From a bacterium (GTDB lineage Bacteria; UBA10199; 2-02-FULL-50-16; JAJFLM01), in contig CBDCFN010000016.1 of the NCBI GenBank assembly GCA_965216315.1, positions 448,001 through 512,000 of the forward strand: DNA of 64,000 nt, in the 5' to 3' direction. This document shows positions 1 to 9,214 of this stretch, one piece after another; the stretch's first letter is position 1; each line of letters starts with the position of its first letter. The position numbers and the translations under genes are program-made. A model generated the notes under the pieces. The model saw only the letters and a list, made by a program, of their open reading frames with translations. It ran no database searches and was not told the origin of the DNA.

Positions 1-479
1 CCCGGAATGACGCCGTCTTGCCAGGACATAAAGGCGCGTGCGGGTGGCAATGTCTGTCCATCGGTGGGGAGCGATTGAGTTGGGATGTGGTCGGAGGGAT
101 AACCGGCTCCACTATCATCATTGGCATCGGAGCTGGCGTCGACGATTGGGCCACCATCAGGGCCCCCGTCGCCAGGACCAATAGTGCCATCACGTGCACC
201 GACATATGAGTCATTAAATGAACATCCAGCCAAAAGACATAAGATCGTGCTAAGAATAAGACTCTCTAATAGCGATGAAGAGGCGCTTTCTTTAATTGTT
301 GTAGGATCATGAATAGCTGGCTTTTTAATATGCCTCTGTGGCCGAATATTTGCTGTGGATCCAATTAATTTGGATTCTTGTATTGAGAGCGATGTAAAGG
401 TTTTCTGCGTTTGCAGAGGAGTACTGCAAAGAACAGTTTGTGATAACAACGATGATGATATACCGCTAATAATGTTCAT
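1..479 (-). CDS. LamG-array lipoprotein paralogue, 5' part only (runs off the window edge; absent from the ORF track)
   Basis: Manual translation from the ATG at 479 stays open to the edge: MNIISGISSSLL...LILSTILCLLAG-C(86)...GDGGPDGGPIVDAS...GYPSDHIPTQSLPTDGQTLPPARAFMSWQDGVIP, nearly identical to the module in 3272..5032 and 6667..8124. Confidence 0.85.
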   Translation of the reverse strand, partial: MNIISGISSSLLSQTVLCSTPLQTQKTFTSLSIQESKLIGSTANIRPQRHIKKPAIHDPTTIKESASSSLLESLILSTILCLLAGCSFNDSYVGARDGTIGPGDGGPDGGPIVDASSDANDDSGAGYPSDHIPTQSLPTDGQTLPPARAFMSWQDGVIP

Positions 480-542
480 AAGGCGCAACCGCTAACATTA
501 AAGATAGTCAGGCTATCCAGCAGTATCGCACCTGAATCTAGC

Positions 543-567
543 ATCGTATTTCATTACAAAAAGTTGT
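543..567 (-). promoter_or_regulatory. RCAAC-N16-CGA promoter-like motif, copy 1
   Basis: Minus strand ACAAC-TTTTTGTAATGAAATA-CGAT, upstream of the ATG at 479. Confidence 0.7.
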
Positions 568-664
568 GCAAAACTTCATGAGCTGCTGCGATAGGGCTAT
601 AACTTACTGTTATTATTTCTTTTATAGGAGTACTTTTTTATGGCTGGTAGGCGGTTAGGGCAGG

Positions 665-1888
665 CTAATTGCAAATAGGACTCAATGCTGACATATCATT
701 GGTTTCTTGTCGATTGAGAGCCTCGCGGGCGCAGGTTTCATTGACGATTTCCTGAGCAGTCAGGGAACGATTATAAACCGTGACATCATCAATAATTCCC
801 TCAAAATTATAGAGAGATGCCAGCGGCATCCCAGCTATATCGATAGAACCTCCAATTCGTGCCGGAGCCGGATTGAGAGTTGTGCCCGCCAACGCATCGG
901 ATACAAACGTTACGGCGTCTTCAACTCCATCGACAAAAAGTTTAGCGCCAGCGGCCATCGTGGACCCATTATAAGTGACGGCCACATGATGGGCAGTATT
1001 CGGGGCATTAAAGAGAGTCGTCGAATCGATGCGGAGCCGATCACCGGTGCTGCTGTCACTAACTAAGAAGAAGTTGAGGGTGTCAGTAGAGCTAAAGCCA
1101 AACCAATAACCCCGTTGAAGGGTTGGGTCGGTATAATCAGCCCGTGCAAAGATAGTATGATCGGCGCCCACGGACTGGCGGTTTGCCCAAGCCGAGATGG
1201 TAAAAGAGTTTGTGGCGTCAAAATTCAAAATATCACCGAGTTCAACGAAGTCATTAGTGCCATCGAAGCTGAGGGCGCCTCCGACAAGGCCCGGGACCCA
1301 GGCGGTTGAGGTATCAAAATTAGTCAGGATTCCATTATTTCCGGCACTGCTGGAATCTGTGGCTGTGCTGCCGGTGCCATCGTCCATGCGCCACCAGCCA
1401 AGAAGTGAATCGTCAGTAGAATAAAAACGAATGGCACTATATTCGGAGACTGTATCGTCATTGTATCTTGTGCGAACCTTCCAGTGATAAGTTGTATTTG
1501 GAGTAAGTAGGGGAGTGACATCATAAGCTGTTGCGACCAATTTGCTTCCAGGGCAAGCAGCGCCTTGAATGGAGGTAAGTCCTTCCGTCGTTTGGCATAT
1601 TTCGAAGCTGCTAATGATCTTGTCCGCCGGAACATTAACTGCTTGCCAAGATTGGAAGGAACGCGTCGGAGGAAGCAGCGAACCGTCGGGTGGGAATGTG
1701 AGCGATGGAATACCACTCCCAACGGCGATGCCACCGACTCCTCCTGAGCCGGTCATTCCACCGAGCTGCCCGTCAGAATACTCATCTAGGCCGAGAATCT
1801 CACTACAGCTGGTTGCGCTTAGCCCTAAGCCGAATACGAGGAGTGCTCGACCAGCTGTTGAATTAATACTTGTACCAATTAGAGTCAT
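665..1888 (-). CDS. LamG-like jellyroll domain lipoprotein (FN3-like module type B + LamG)
   Basis: Signal peptide with lipobox-like LSATS-C28; 'YHWKVRTRY' FN3-like strand; LamG motifs 'LLGWWRMDDGTG', 'ALSFDGTND', 'HHVAVTY', 'FEGIIDDVTVYNRSL'. Confidence 0.85.
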   Translation of the reverse strand: MTLIGTSINSTAGRALLVFGLGLSATSCSEILGLDEYSDGQLGGMTGSGGVGGIAVGSGIPSLTFPPDGSLLPPTRSFQSWQAVNVPADKIISSFEICQTTEGLTSIQGAACPGSKLVATAYDVTPLLTPNTTYHWKVRTRYNDDTVSEYSAIRFYSTDDSLLGWWRMDDGTGSTATDSSSAGNNGILTNFDTSTAWVPGLVGGALSFDGTNDFVELGDILNFDATNSFTISAWANRQSVGADHTIFARADYTDPTLQRGYWFGFSSTDTLNFFLVSDSSTGDRLRIDSTTLFNAPNTAHHVAVTYNGSTMAAGAKLFVDGVEDAVTFVSDALAGTTLNPAPARIGGSIDIAGMPLASLYNFEGIIDDVTVYNRSLTAQEIVNETCAREALNRQETNDMSALSPICN

Positions 1889-1890
1889 AC

Positions 1891-3165
1891 CTAATTACAA
1901 ATTGAAGGCAAGGCAGACATGTCATTAGTTTCCTGTCGATTAACGGCCTCGCGCGCACAGGTCTCATTGACGATCTCTTGAGCAGTCAGGGCACGGTTGT
2001 AAACCGTGACATCATCTATGATTCCATCGAAATTATAGAGGGAGGCTGAAGGCATGCCAGTGACATCAACCGATCCACCAATCCGCGCCGGAGCGGGATT
2101 GAGAGTCGTGCCCGCCAACGCATCGGATACAACCGTAACCGTCTCTTCAGTCCCATCCACGAAAAGTTTGGCTCCACTAGCCATCGTGGAGCCGTCATAG
2201 GTCACGGCCACATGATGGGGAGTATTCGGGGTATTAAAGAGAGTCGTCGAATCGATGCGGAGTCGGTTGCCCGTACTGCTGTCACTAACCAAGAAGAGGT
2301 CGAGGGTGTCAGTAGAACTAAAGCCAAACCAATAACCTCGTTGCAGGACGGGATCCGTATAATCAGCCCGTGCAAAGATGGTGTGGTCGGAGCCCGCAGC
2401 CTGGCGGTTGGTCCACGCGGAAATAGTAAAAGGGCTCGAAGCATCAAAGTTCAAGATGTCACCGAGCTCAACGAAGTCGTCAGTGCCATCGAAGGTCAAG
2501 GCCCCGCTGACCAAGCCCGGGACCCAGGCGGTTGAGGTATCAAAATTAGTCAGGGTGCCGTTATTGCCCGCACTGCTGGAATCACTGGCTGTGCTGCCGG
2601 AACCTTCATTGAAGCGCCACCAGCCGAGTAAGGAATTGTCGGTGGAGAAGGAGTGCACGGGGCTGTAGTCCGTACAGTCGGTTCCGCCCGCATCGTAACA
2701 GGTCTGGACCTTCCAAAAATAACTTTGCGATGGGGTTAAAGGATCGATAATACGAAAAAGGTTGGTATCGATCAATTCATTCGGACAGTTCGCGGCGTTT
2801 GAGATAGCGGCTATATTAGCCGCATGGCAGGAACGATACCAGGTGGAATTGCCCTCAGGAACGACACCATCTTGCCAGGATATAAACGCACGCGCAGGCG
2901 GCAATGATTGTTTGTCAGCCGGTTGTGATTGAAGTGGGATGTGATCGGCAGGATAACTGTTGTCGATGGTTCCGCCACTGCCGCCCATTCCGGCTGTTCC
3001 GCCCGTCGTTATCATGCCACCGGTTCCACCGGTAGAGCTCCCTGGAGGATCGCCAATTTTGTCCCGGTCGACTTCAGTTAGGAATGAGCAGCTTGCGACG
3101 CCCATACTGAATCCCAGCGCGAGTGCAAGTCGAGAGCTGGTTGCAGATGCCATGAATCCGTTCAT
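1891..3165 (-). CDS. LamG-like jellyroll domain lipoprotein (module type A + LamG)
   Basis: Strong RBS AAGGAG; GVAS-C26; Gly/Thr linker; same LamG motifs. Confidence 0.85.
   Translation of the reverse strand: MNGFMASATSSRLALALGFSMGVASCSFLTEVDRDKIGDPPGSSTGGTGGMITTGGTAGMGGSGGTIDNSYPADHIPLQSQPADKQSLPPARAFISWQDGVVPEGNSTWYRSCHAANIAAISNAANCPNELIDTNLFRIIDPLTPSQSYFWKVQTCYDAGGTDCTDYSPVHSFSTDNSLLGWWRFNEGSGSTASDSSSAGNNGTLTNFDTSTAWVPGLVSGALTFDGTDDFVELGDILNFDASSPFTISAWTNRQAAGSDHTIFARADYTDPVLQRGYWFGFSSTDTLDLFLVSDSSTGNRLRIDSTTLFNTPNTPHHVAVTYDGSTMASGAKLFVDGTEETVTVVSDALAGTTLNPAPARIGGSVDVTGMPSASLYNFDGIIDDVTVYNRALTAQEIVNETCAREAVNRQETNDMSALPSICN
1946..2748. repeat. Near-identical ~800-bp direct repeat, copy 1 (copy 2 at 3312..4114)
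   Basis: Offset 1366 bp; about 4 substitutions visible by eye; encoded protein segments identical. Confidence 0.9.
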
Positions 3166-3194
3166 ATAATATATCTCCTTCTCCAGTGTGTGGT

Positions 3195-3219
3195 GTCGAC
3201 TAGAGGCAAGAATTGTTGT
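3195..3219 (-). promoter_or_regulatory. RCAAC-N16-CGA promoter-like motif, copy 2
   Basis: Minus strand ACAAC-AATTCTTGCCTCTAGT-CGAC, upstream of the ATG at 3165. Confidence 0.65.
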
Positions 3220-3271
3220 GGAACCGAAATAAAATTCGTTTACTGGAGTAAACAGCTAAAAGGTGCTTATG

Positions 3272-5032
3272 CTATTGACAGGGACTTGGGAGCGGATCCG
3301 AACTCGCAAGAGCCTCGCGCGCACAGGTCTCATTGACGATCTCTTGAGCAGTCAGGGCACGGTTGTAAACCGTGACATCATCTATGATTCCATCGAAATT
3401 ATAGAGGGAGGCTGAAGGCATGCCAGTGACATCAACCGATCCACCAATCCGCGCTGGGGCGGGATTGAGAGTCGTGCCCGCCAACGCATCGGATACAACC
3501 GTAACCGTCTCTTCAGTCCCATCCACAAAAAGTTTAGCTCCACTAGCCATCGTGGAGCCGTCATAGGTCACGGCCACATGATGGGGAGTATTCGGGGTAT
3601 TAAAGAGAGTCGTCGAATCGATGCGGAGTCGGTTGCCCGTACTGCTGTCACTAACCAAGAAGAGGTCGAGGGTGTCAGTAGAACTAAAGCCAAACCAATA
3701 ACCTCGTTGCAGGACGGGATCCGTATAATCAGCCCGTGCAAAGATGGTGTGGTCGGAGCCCGCAGCCTGGCGGTTGGTCCACGCGGAAATAGTAAAAGGG
3801 CTCGAAGCATCAAAGTTCAAGATGTCACCGAGCTCAACGAAGTCGTCAGTGCCATCGAAGGTCAAGGCCCCGCTGACCAAGCCCGGGACCCAGGCGGTTG
3901 AGGTATCAAAATTAGTCAGGGTGCCGTTATTGCCCGCACTGCTGGAATCACTGGCTGTGCTGCCGGAACCTTCATTGAAGCGCCACCAGCCGAGTAAGGA
4001 ATTGTCGGTGGAGAAGGAGTGCACGGGGCTGTAGTCCGTACAGTCGGTTCCGCCCGCATCGTAACAGGTCTGGACCTTCCAAAAATAACTTTGCGATGGG
4101 GTTAAAGGATCGATGACACGGAAGCGATTGGTGTCGATGGTTTCATTGGGGCACTCGTCGGCATCATCGATATCGGCCAGCCCGACCGCGGTGTAACAGG
4201 AACGATACCAGGTGGAGTTGCCTCCTGGAATGACGCCGTCCTGCCAGGACGTAAAGGCGCGCGCGGGTGGCAATGTCTGTCCATCGGTGGGGAGCGATTG
4301 AGTTGGGATGTGGTCGGACGGATAAACAGTTCCAGCATCAGTCATGTCGGCCACATCGTCCGGTCCGTCATCTGTATCAGTATCAAGGACAGCGTCGGGA
4401 GAGGTATCAATTGTTCCATCAGAACTGTCTGTATCAGCCAGGCTGTCACTCGTATTTATGTCAGAAATATCCGCAGATGTATCGGTGATTACATCTGCAT
4501 CGTTTTCATTTATGTCAGGTATGTCAAATTCTACATCTACATCTTGAGGGACGTCTATTAAAGCTATGTCTGTGTCGGCATCTTCGACGCGAGAATCTTG
4601 GATATCTCTTTCCACATCATTAATCGTGTCATCCTCTGCATCTGGAATGAAAAGGTCAGGTAGGGGGGCGTCACCGCCAATCCCGCTATCGAGGAGATCA
4701 GGGTCCAAAGATTCTCCGTCAATTTGGTCAAACCGGCTCAAGTCACCATCAAATTGGCAGCCTGCACTGAAGATTAGGAGTCCTGCGGTAATGCCAAGTA
4801 AACGCTTTGCGAGACTATAGGACCTCTTCGGAGTTTCGACAGTTGATGCAGGGAATCCCGTTCTTTCAGTGAACTGAAAAGTCTGATTACTCTCTGTCGT
4901 AATTGGAATAAAACGAGTCTCATTTGCCTGTTGATGAGTGGGTAGTGTTGCTAAGGTACCAGTTTGTAATGAATTGCTGAGTGCAAGTGACGTTAATGTA
5001 GATGATGTGTTAGATAAGGATATGAAACTCAT
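3272..5032 (-). CDS. LamG-like lipoprotein with long N-terminal leader and Asp-rich linker (module A + LamG)
   Basis: Start moved to the ATG at 5032 (GGAG RBS; the promoter motif lies inside the longer ORF call); FSAG-C92; long Asp/Thr-rich linker; LamG motifs. Confidence 0.85.
   Translation of the reverse strand: MSFISLSNTSSTLTSLALSNSLQTGTLATLPTHQQANETRFIPITTESNQTFQFTERTGFPASTVETPKRSYSLAKRLLGITAGLLIFSAGCQFDGDLSRFDQIDGESLDPDLLDSGIGGDAPLPDLFIPDAEDDTINDVERDIQDSRVEDADTDIALIDVPQDVDVEFDIPDINENDADVITDTSADISDINTSDSLADTDSSDGTIDTSPDAVLDTDTDDGPDDVADMTDAGTVYPSDHIPTQSLPTDGQTLPPARAFTSWQDGVIPGGNSTWYRSCYTAVGLADIDDADECPNETIDTNRFRVIDPLTPSQSYFWKVQTCYDAGGTDCTDYSPVHSFSTDNSLLGWWRFNEGSGSTASDSSSAGNNGTLTNFDTSTAWVPGLVSGALTFDGTDDFVELGDILNFDASSPFTISAWTNRQAAGSDHTIFARADYTDPVLQRGYWFGFSSTDTLDLFLVSDSSTGNRLRIDSTTLFNTPNTPHHVAVTYDGSTMASGAKLFVDGTEETVTVVSDALAGTTLNPAPARIGGSVDVTGMPSASLYNFDGIIDDVTVYNRALTAQEIVNETCAREALASSDPLPSPCQ
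3312..4114. repeat. Near-identical ~800-bp direct repeat, copy 2
   Basis: Matches 1946..2748. Confidence 0.9.
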
Positions 5033-5083
5033 TTTTTTCTCCGCAATACGTATATAGTAATACCGTTCATATTGCGCGAAAGA

Positions 5084-5108
5084 ATCGTATTGTTGGATGG
5101 AAAGTTGC
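5084..5108 (-). promoter_or_regulatory. RCAAC-N16-CGA promoter-like motif, copy 3
   Basis: Minus strand GCAAC-TTTCCATCCAACAATA-CGAT, upstream of the ATG at 5032. Confidence 0.7.
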
Positions 5109-5197
5109 GGAAAAACAAGGTTAGGTGTCAAATAAACTTAACACTTGAATACAAAAGATAGCGATATCTTTAAAGAGAGTGCTACATCACTCAAATA

Positions 5198-6643
5198 TCA
5201 ATTGCATATTGACGGTAAGGGATCAGAGCCAGCGAGAGCTTCGCGCGCGCAAGTCTCATTGACGATTTCCCGAGCAGTGAGGGCTCGATTATAGATCACG
5301 AGATCATCAAGAACTCCATCAAAGCTATAGAGAGAAGCTAAGGGCATTCCACTTGGATCAATAGAGCCACCAATCCGTGCCGAAGCGGAATTGAGGGTCG
5401 TGCCTGTTAATGCATCGGTGACTACAGTGGAGGTTTCTTCAGTTCCGTCGACAAAGAGCCTTGCCCCTGCAGCCATAGTTGAGCCGTCATAGGTGACGGC
5501 AACATGATGAGGAGCGCTGGGGGTATCGAAGACAGTTGTTGAATCAATACGAATCCGGTTTCCGGTACTGCTATCGCTGACGAAGAAGAGATCAAGCGTA
5601 TCAGAAGAGCTGAATCCAAACCAATAACCACGTTGTAGGGCTGGATCCGTATAATCCGCCCTGGCAAAAATAGTATGATCAGACCCAACGGATTGACGGT
5701 TAGTCCAGGCGGAGATTGTATAGGGGGTCGTTGAATCGAAATTTAAAGTATCACCGAGCTCTACAAAGTCATTCGTACCATCAAAGTTTAAGGCCCCACC
5801 AATAAAACCCGGAACCCAGGCGGAAGCGATATCAAAATTAGTCAGGGTGCCGTTATTGTCAGCACCGCTGGAATCACTAGCCGTCATTCCGGAACCTTCA
5901 TTGAAGGTATAGCGTGCAAGCAAGGAGCTATCTGTGTTGACCATGCGCAGGGCACTGCCCATGGAGCGCGAACCATCATCGTATAAAGCTCTTACCTTGA
6001 CATGATAGGTAGAGCTTGGATTTGTAATATTAATTGCACCGAATGGAGACGTTACAGTGTTGCTCTGTGGGCATTCAGTAGAATCATCGATAGATGTAGT
6101 CCCAGTTGTTGTATAGCAAATCTCGTATCCTGCAATAGATCTGCCCGGAGGGAGTGTAGCCGCTGGATCCCAGCGGATAAAAATACGGTTGTTGGGCAAA
6201 GAGATATCTGTTGCAGGAATCGTAATCGTCGAATTGTCGTCAATGACTGGACCACTGTCACCGGCATCATTGGTGCTTCCATCTATATCGGCATCCGGGC
6301 TTGCATCGGGAATGGGTCCTCCATCGGGGCCCCCGTCACCTCCACCATCGATAGTGACACCACGGCCTCTTCCATCTAATAAGCAACCACTGCCAAATAA
6401 ACTGAGCACGCCTCCGATAATGAAAGTCGGTAACACTAAAGCGGCATGGCGAAGTCTGCGCTGGTTTGTTTCGTTGAGTAAGCGCGTCAGTGTCGAATTT
6501 TGCGTCACGGATTCGAGTAGAGGTTGAGCCAAATGGTTCGTGTTCGTTGTACTCGGAAGGCTTGGGGGCAGCTGCTGTAAAGAACTCGCCAGGACGGGCC
6601 GAGCCGACAGTAGGAATGGTGTCATCGGATTGATTAGACGCAT
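5198..6643 (-). CDS. LamG-like lipoprotein with long N-terminal leader (module B + LamG)
   Basis: GGAG RBS; FGSG-C87; 'YHVKVRALY'; LamG motifs; most diverged LamG copy. Confidence 0.85.
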   Translation of the reverse strand: MRLINPMTPFLLSARPVLASSLQQLPPSLPSTTNTNHLAQPLLESVTQNSTLTRLLNETNQRRLRHAALVLPTFIIGGVLSLFGSGCLLDGRGRGVTIDGGGDGGPDGGPIPDASPDADIDGSTNDAGDSGPVIDDNSTITIPATDISLPNNRIFIRWDPAATLPPGRSIAGYEICYTTTGTTSIDDSTECPQSNTVTSPFGAINITNPSSTYHVKVRALYDDGSRSMGSALRMVNTDSSLLARYTFNEGSGMTASDSSGADNNGTLTNFDIASAWVPGFIGGALNFDGTNDFVELGDTLNFDSTTPYTISAWTNRQSVGSDHTIFARADYTDPALQRGYWFGFSSSDTLDLFFVSDSSTGNRIRIDSTTVFDTPSAPHHVAVTYDGSTMAAGARLFVDGTEETSTVVTDALTGTTLNSASARIGGSIDPSGMPLASLYSFDGVLDDLVIYNRALTAREIVNETCAREALAGSDPLPSICN

Positions 6644-6666
6644 GGTTTCTCCAAATTACTCAAGCA

Positions 6667-8124
6667 TCAGTTGCATATAGATGGTAGAGAGCCGGATCCA
6701 GCAAGAGCCTCACGCGCACAAGTCTCATTAGAGATTTCCTGAACAGTCAGGGCCCGATTATAAACAGCGATATCATCAATGATCCCCTCAAAATTATAGA
6801 GAGATGCCAGTGGCATCCCCGCTGTATCGATAGAACCTCCAATCCGTGCCGGGGCGGGATTGAGAGTCGTGCCCGCCAACGCATCGGATACAACCGTAAC
6901 CGTCTCTTCAGTTCCATCCACAAAAAGTTTAGCTCCACTAGCCATCGTGGAGCCGTCATAGGTCACGGCCACATGATGGGGAGTACTAGGTGTGTTAAAG
7001 ACAGTTGTAGAATCGATGCGGAGTCGGTTACCCGTACTGCTGTCACTCACCAAAAAGAGGTTGAGGGTGTCAGTAGAGCTAAAGCCAAACCAATAACCTC
7101 GTTGCAGGACGGGATCCGTATAATCGGCCCGTGCAAAGATAGTATGGTCAGCGCCGACCGACTGGCGGTTGGTCCAAGCCGAGATGGTAAAGGGGGTGGC
7201 TGAGTCAAAATTTAAGATATCACCGAGTTCCACAAAGTCATTGGCACCGTCAAAACTTAGGCCTCCGCCGACAAGGCCTGGATTCCAGGCGGTTGAGGTA
7301 TCAAAATTAGTCAGGGTGCCGTTATTGCCCGCACTGCTGGAATCACTGGCTGTGCTGCCGGAACCTTCATTGAAGCGCCACCAACCGAGCAGAGAATTAT
7401 CAGTCGAGAAGGAACGCACGGGGCTGTAGTCCGTACAGTCGGTTCCGCCCGCATCGTAACAGGTCTGGACCTTCCAGAAATGACTCTGAGCCGGGCTTAA
7501 GGGGTCAATCACGCGGAAACGATTGGTGTCGATGGTCTCATTGGGGCACTCGGTAGTGTCATCGACATCGGTCATGGCCGTGGCATGACAGGAGCGATAC
7601 CAGGTAGAGGCGCCACCTGGGATGACGCCGTCTTGCCATGACATGAAGGCGCGCGTGGGCGCGAGGAGTTGTCCGTCAGCCGGCAACGATTGCGTCGGGA
7701 TGTGATCGGATGGATAACCGGTACCACCGTCTTCGGCATCGCCGGCGTCACCCGGACCGCCATCCATATCGGCATCCGGACTTGCATCGAGGATGGGGCC
7801 TCCATCGGGGCCGCCATCACCACCATCAGGTCGCGGCGGAGCGGTGCCGCTTCGGTCTAAGAAGCAGCCACTACCGAACAGGGCGAGCAGGCCCCCAATC
7901 ACAAAAGCGGGTATGGCTAAGGCAGAGCGGCGGAGCCGCTGCCGGCTTGGCTCACTGAATAAACGCGTCAGCCCAGAATCCGGAGAAACGGGCTCTAGAG
8001 ATATTTGGGTTGGCGCCGAAATGTCAGCTTGAGTCTGGAGGCCAGTTGGCGCTGGTGATACAGAACTCGCTAAGATGGGCTGAGCCGATAGCAGAAAAGA
8101 CGTTGTCTGACTTATTAGGTGCAT
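6667..8124 (-). CDS. LamG-like lipoprotein with long N-terminal leader (module A + LamG)
   Basis: GGAG RBS; FGSG-C87; LamG motifs. Confidence 0.85.
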   Translation of the reverse strand: MHLISQTTSFLLSAQPILASSVSPAPTGLQTQADISAPTQISLEPVSPDSGLTRLFSEPSRQRLRRSALAIPAFVIGGLLALFGSGCFLDRSGTAPPRPDGGDGGPDGGPILDASPDADMDGGPGDAGDAEDGGTGYPSDHIPTQSLPADGQLLAPTRAFMSWQDGVIPGGASTWYRSCHATAMTDVDDTTECPNETIDTNRFRVIDPLSPAQSHFWKVQTCYDAGGTDCTDYSPVRSFSTDNSLLGWWRFNEGSGSTASDSSSAGNNGTLTNFDTSTAWNPGLVGGGLSFDGANDFVELGDILNFDSATPFTISAWTNRQSVGADHTIFARADYTDPVLQRGYWFGFSSTDTLNLFLVSDSSTGNRLRIDSTTVFNTPSTPHHVAVTYDGSTMASGAKLFVDGTEETVTVVSDALAGTTLNPAPARIGGSIDTAGMPLASLYNFEGIIDDIAVYNRALTVQEISNETCAREALAGSGSLPSICN

Positions 8125-8174
8125 GGGTTCTCCAATTCACTCAATTAGTCGCACCTAATTAAGTCTACCCATTC

Positions 8175-8199
8175 ATCGCTCATCCCGGTAAAAAGTTGT
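8175..8199 (-). promoter_or_regulatory. RCAAC-N16-CGA promoter-like motif, copy 4
   Basis: Minus strand ACAAC-TTTTTACCGGGATGAG-CGAT, upstream of the ATG at 8124; IHF-like TTTCAATGAGTTA at 8219..8231. Confidence 0.7.
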
Positions 8200-8222
8200 G
8201 CCTTTTTGGATTGGCGCCTAAC

Positions 8223-9095
8223 TCATTGAAAATATTTGATATTTGAGCTTTTAAAAGTGAAGTAAAAGACGAGGGCAAAGCCCCAACCGGCGAGGACGTC
8301 GATGAAGTAATGGTGATTCAAGTAGACGGCCGCAAATGCGGCCAAGGCGGCATAGAAATGGAAACACCAACGAAAATGCCCCATTATTCTATGGGCGTAG
8401 CAGGCAACCAGCAGGGGGAATGCGGCATGCATGGAGGGAATAGCGCCGAAGACCCAGGCACTGCGTGCATAAGTATTCTGGAAGTGTTCAAAACCGATCA
8501 AATTATCGAAACGAATCAGGCCTGCTGCGGAGCCAGGAATGGCCCAGCCGACCTTGGCAAAGCCATGAGTGGCTACATACCAAGGTGGCGCGGATGGATA
8601 GGCGATGTAGGCAATGAATGCAAAGAGATTCATGAAGAGAAATGCCCAGCGGAAATTATTGAAATAAGGAGAGCGTCTGATCCACAAGTAGAGTGCAAAG
8701 CCGATTGGAATAACTACGTGAGCGGCATAGACAGCCCCAGTAATGATGTCGAGGATATCATTGTTGTGTGCCATGAAGTAGTTCGTTGGAATAAAGCCCT
8801 TATGAAATCCGATGACTTCAAATAACGCGGCTTCAATGCGGTATGGGCTTTCAATGTGAATTGCACCGGCCCAGTCTTTGGGGAAGATGCGGAGTAGATC
8901 GTAGAGAATGCCGAAGAGTGCAAAAGGAAAAAAATCGATCACCCAACGACGTGTCTGCTGGTGGGTTAGATAGAGCCCAATCATGCAGCTGATGAGTAGG
9001 GCGTGTTCCCACCGAAGCCCAATGCTGAGGCTGATGAGACCTAGATAAGCCAGCCAGAAACAAGGAAACCAGCTTTGTTTCAGTATGTTCTCCAT
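8223..9095 (-). CDS. Aur1/inositol phosphorylceramide synthase-like membrane protein (PAP2 superfamily)
   Basis: Multiple TM segments; motifs 'YPSAPPWY', 'AGLIRFD', 'FGAIPSMHAA', 'HHYFIDVLAG'. Confidence 0.8.
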   Translation of the reverse strand: MENILKQSWFPCFWLAYLGLISLSIGLRWEHALLISCMIGLYLTHQQTRRWVIDFFPFALFGILYDLLRIFPKDWAGAIHIESPYRIEAALFEVIGFHKGFIPTNYFMAHNNDILDIITGAVYAAHVVIPIGFALYLWIRRSPYFNNFRWAFLFMNLFAFIAYIAYPSAPPWYVATHGFAKVGWAIPGSAAGLIRFDNLIGFEHFQNTYARSAWVFGAIPSMHAAFPLLVACYAHRIMGHFRWCFHFYAALAAFAAVYLNHHYFIDVLAGWGFALVFYFTFKSSNIKYFQ

Positions 9096-9214
9096 AATAG
9101 AGGCGTACAGGTAGCGTTCGAATCCATGCCTGTCAATGGCGAGCCCGGCAAATCCCTGAGCGGCGTGAGTTTGCTAACATTGTGATATTACTATAGATTT
9201 GCTATTCTACCTTT

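Noticed and set aside
1946..4114. Diversity-generating retroelement (TR/VR pair) in the LamG array
   Set aside because: The few differences are silent and not confined to adenines of one copy, both copies are long coding regions, and there is no reverse transcriptase in the window
5033..5131. Longer start for the 3272 LamG gene (likewise the longer ORF-track starts at 49217, 46413, 36241, 30636, 28873, 57310)
   Set aside because: These extensions overlap promoter motifs or neighbouring genes, or lack an RBS; downstream ATGs fit better
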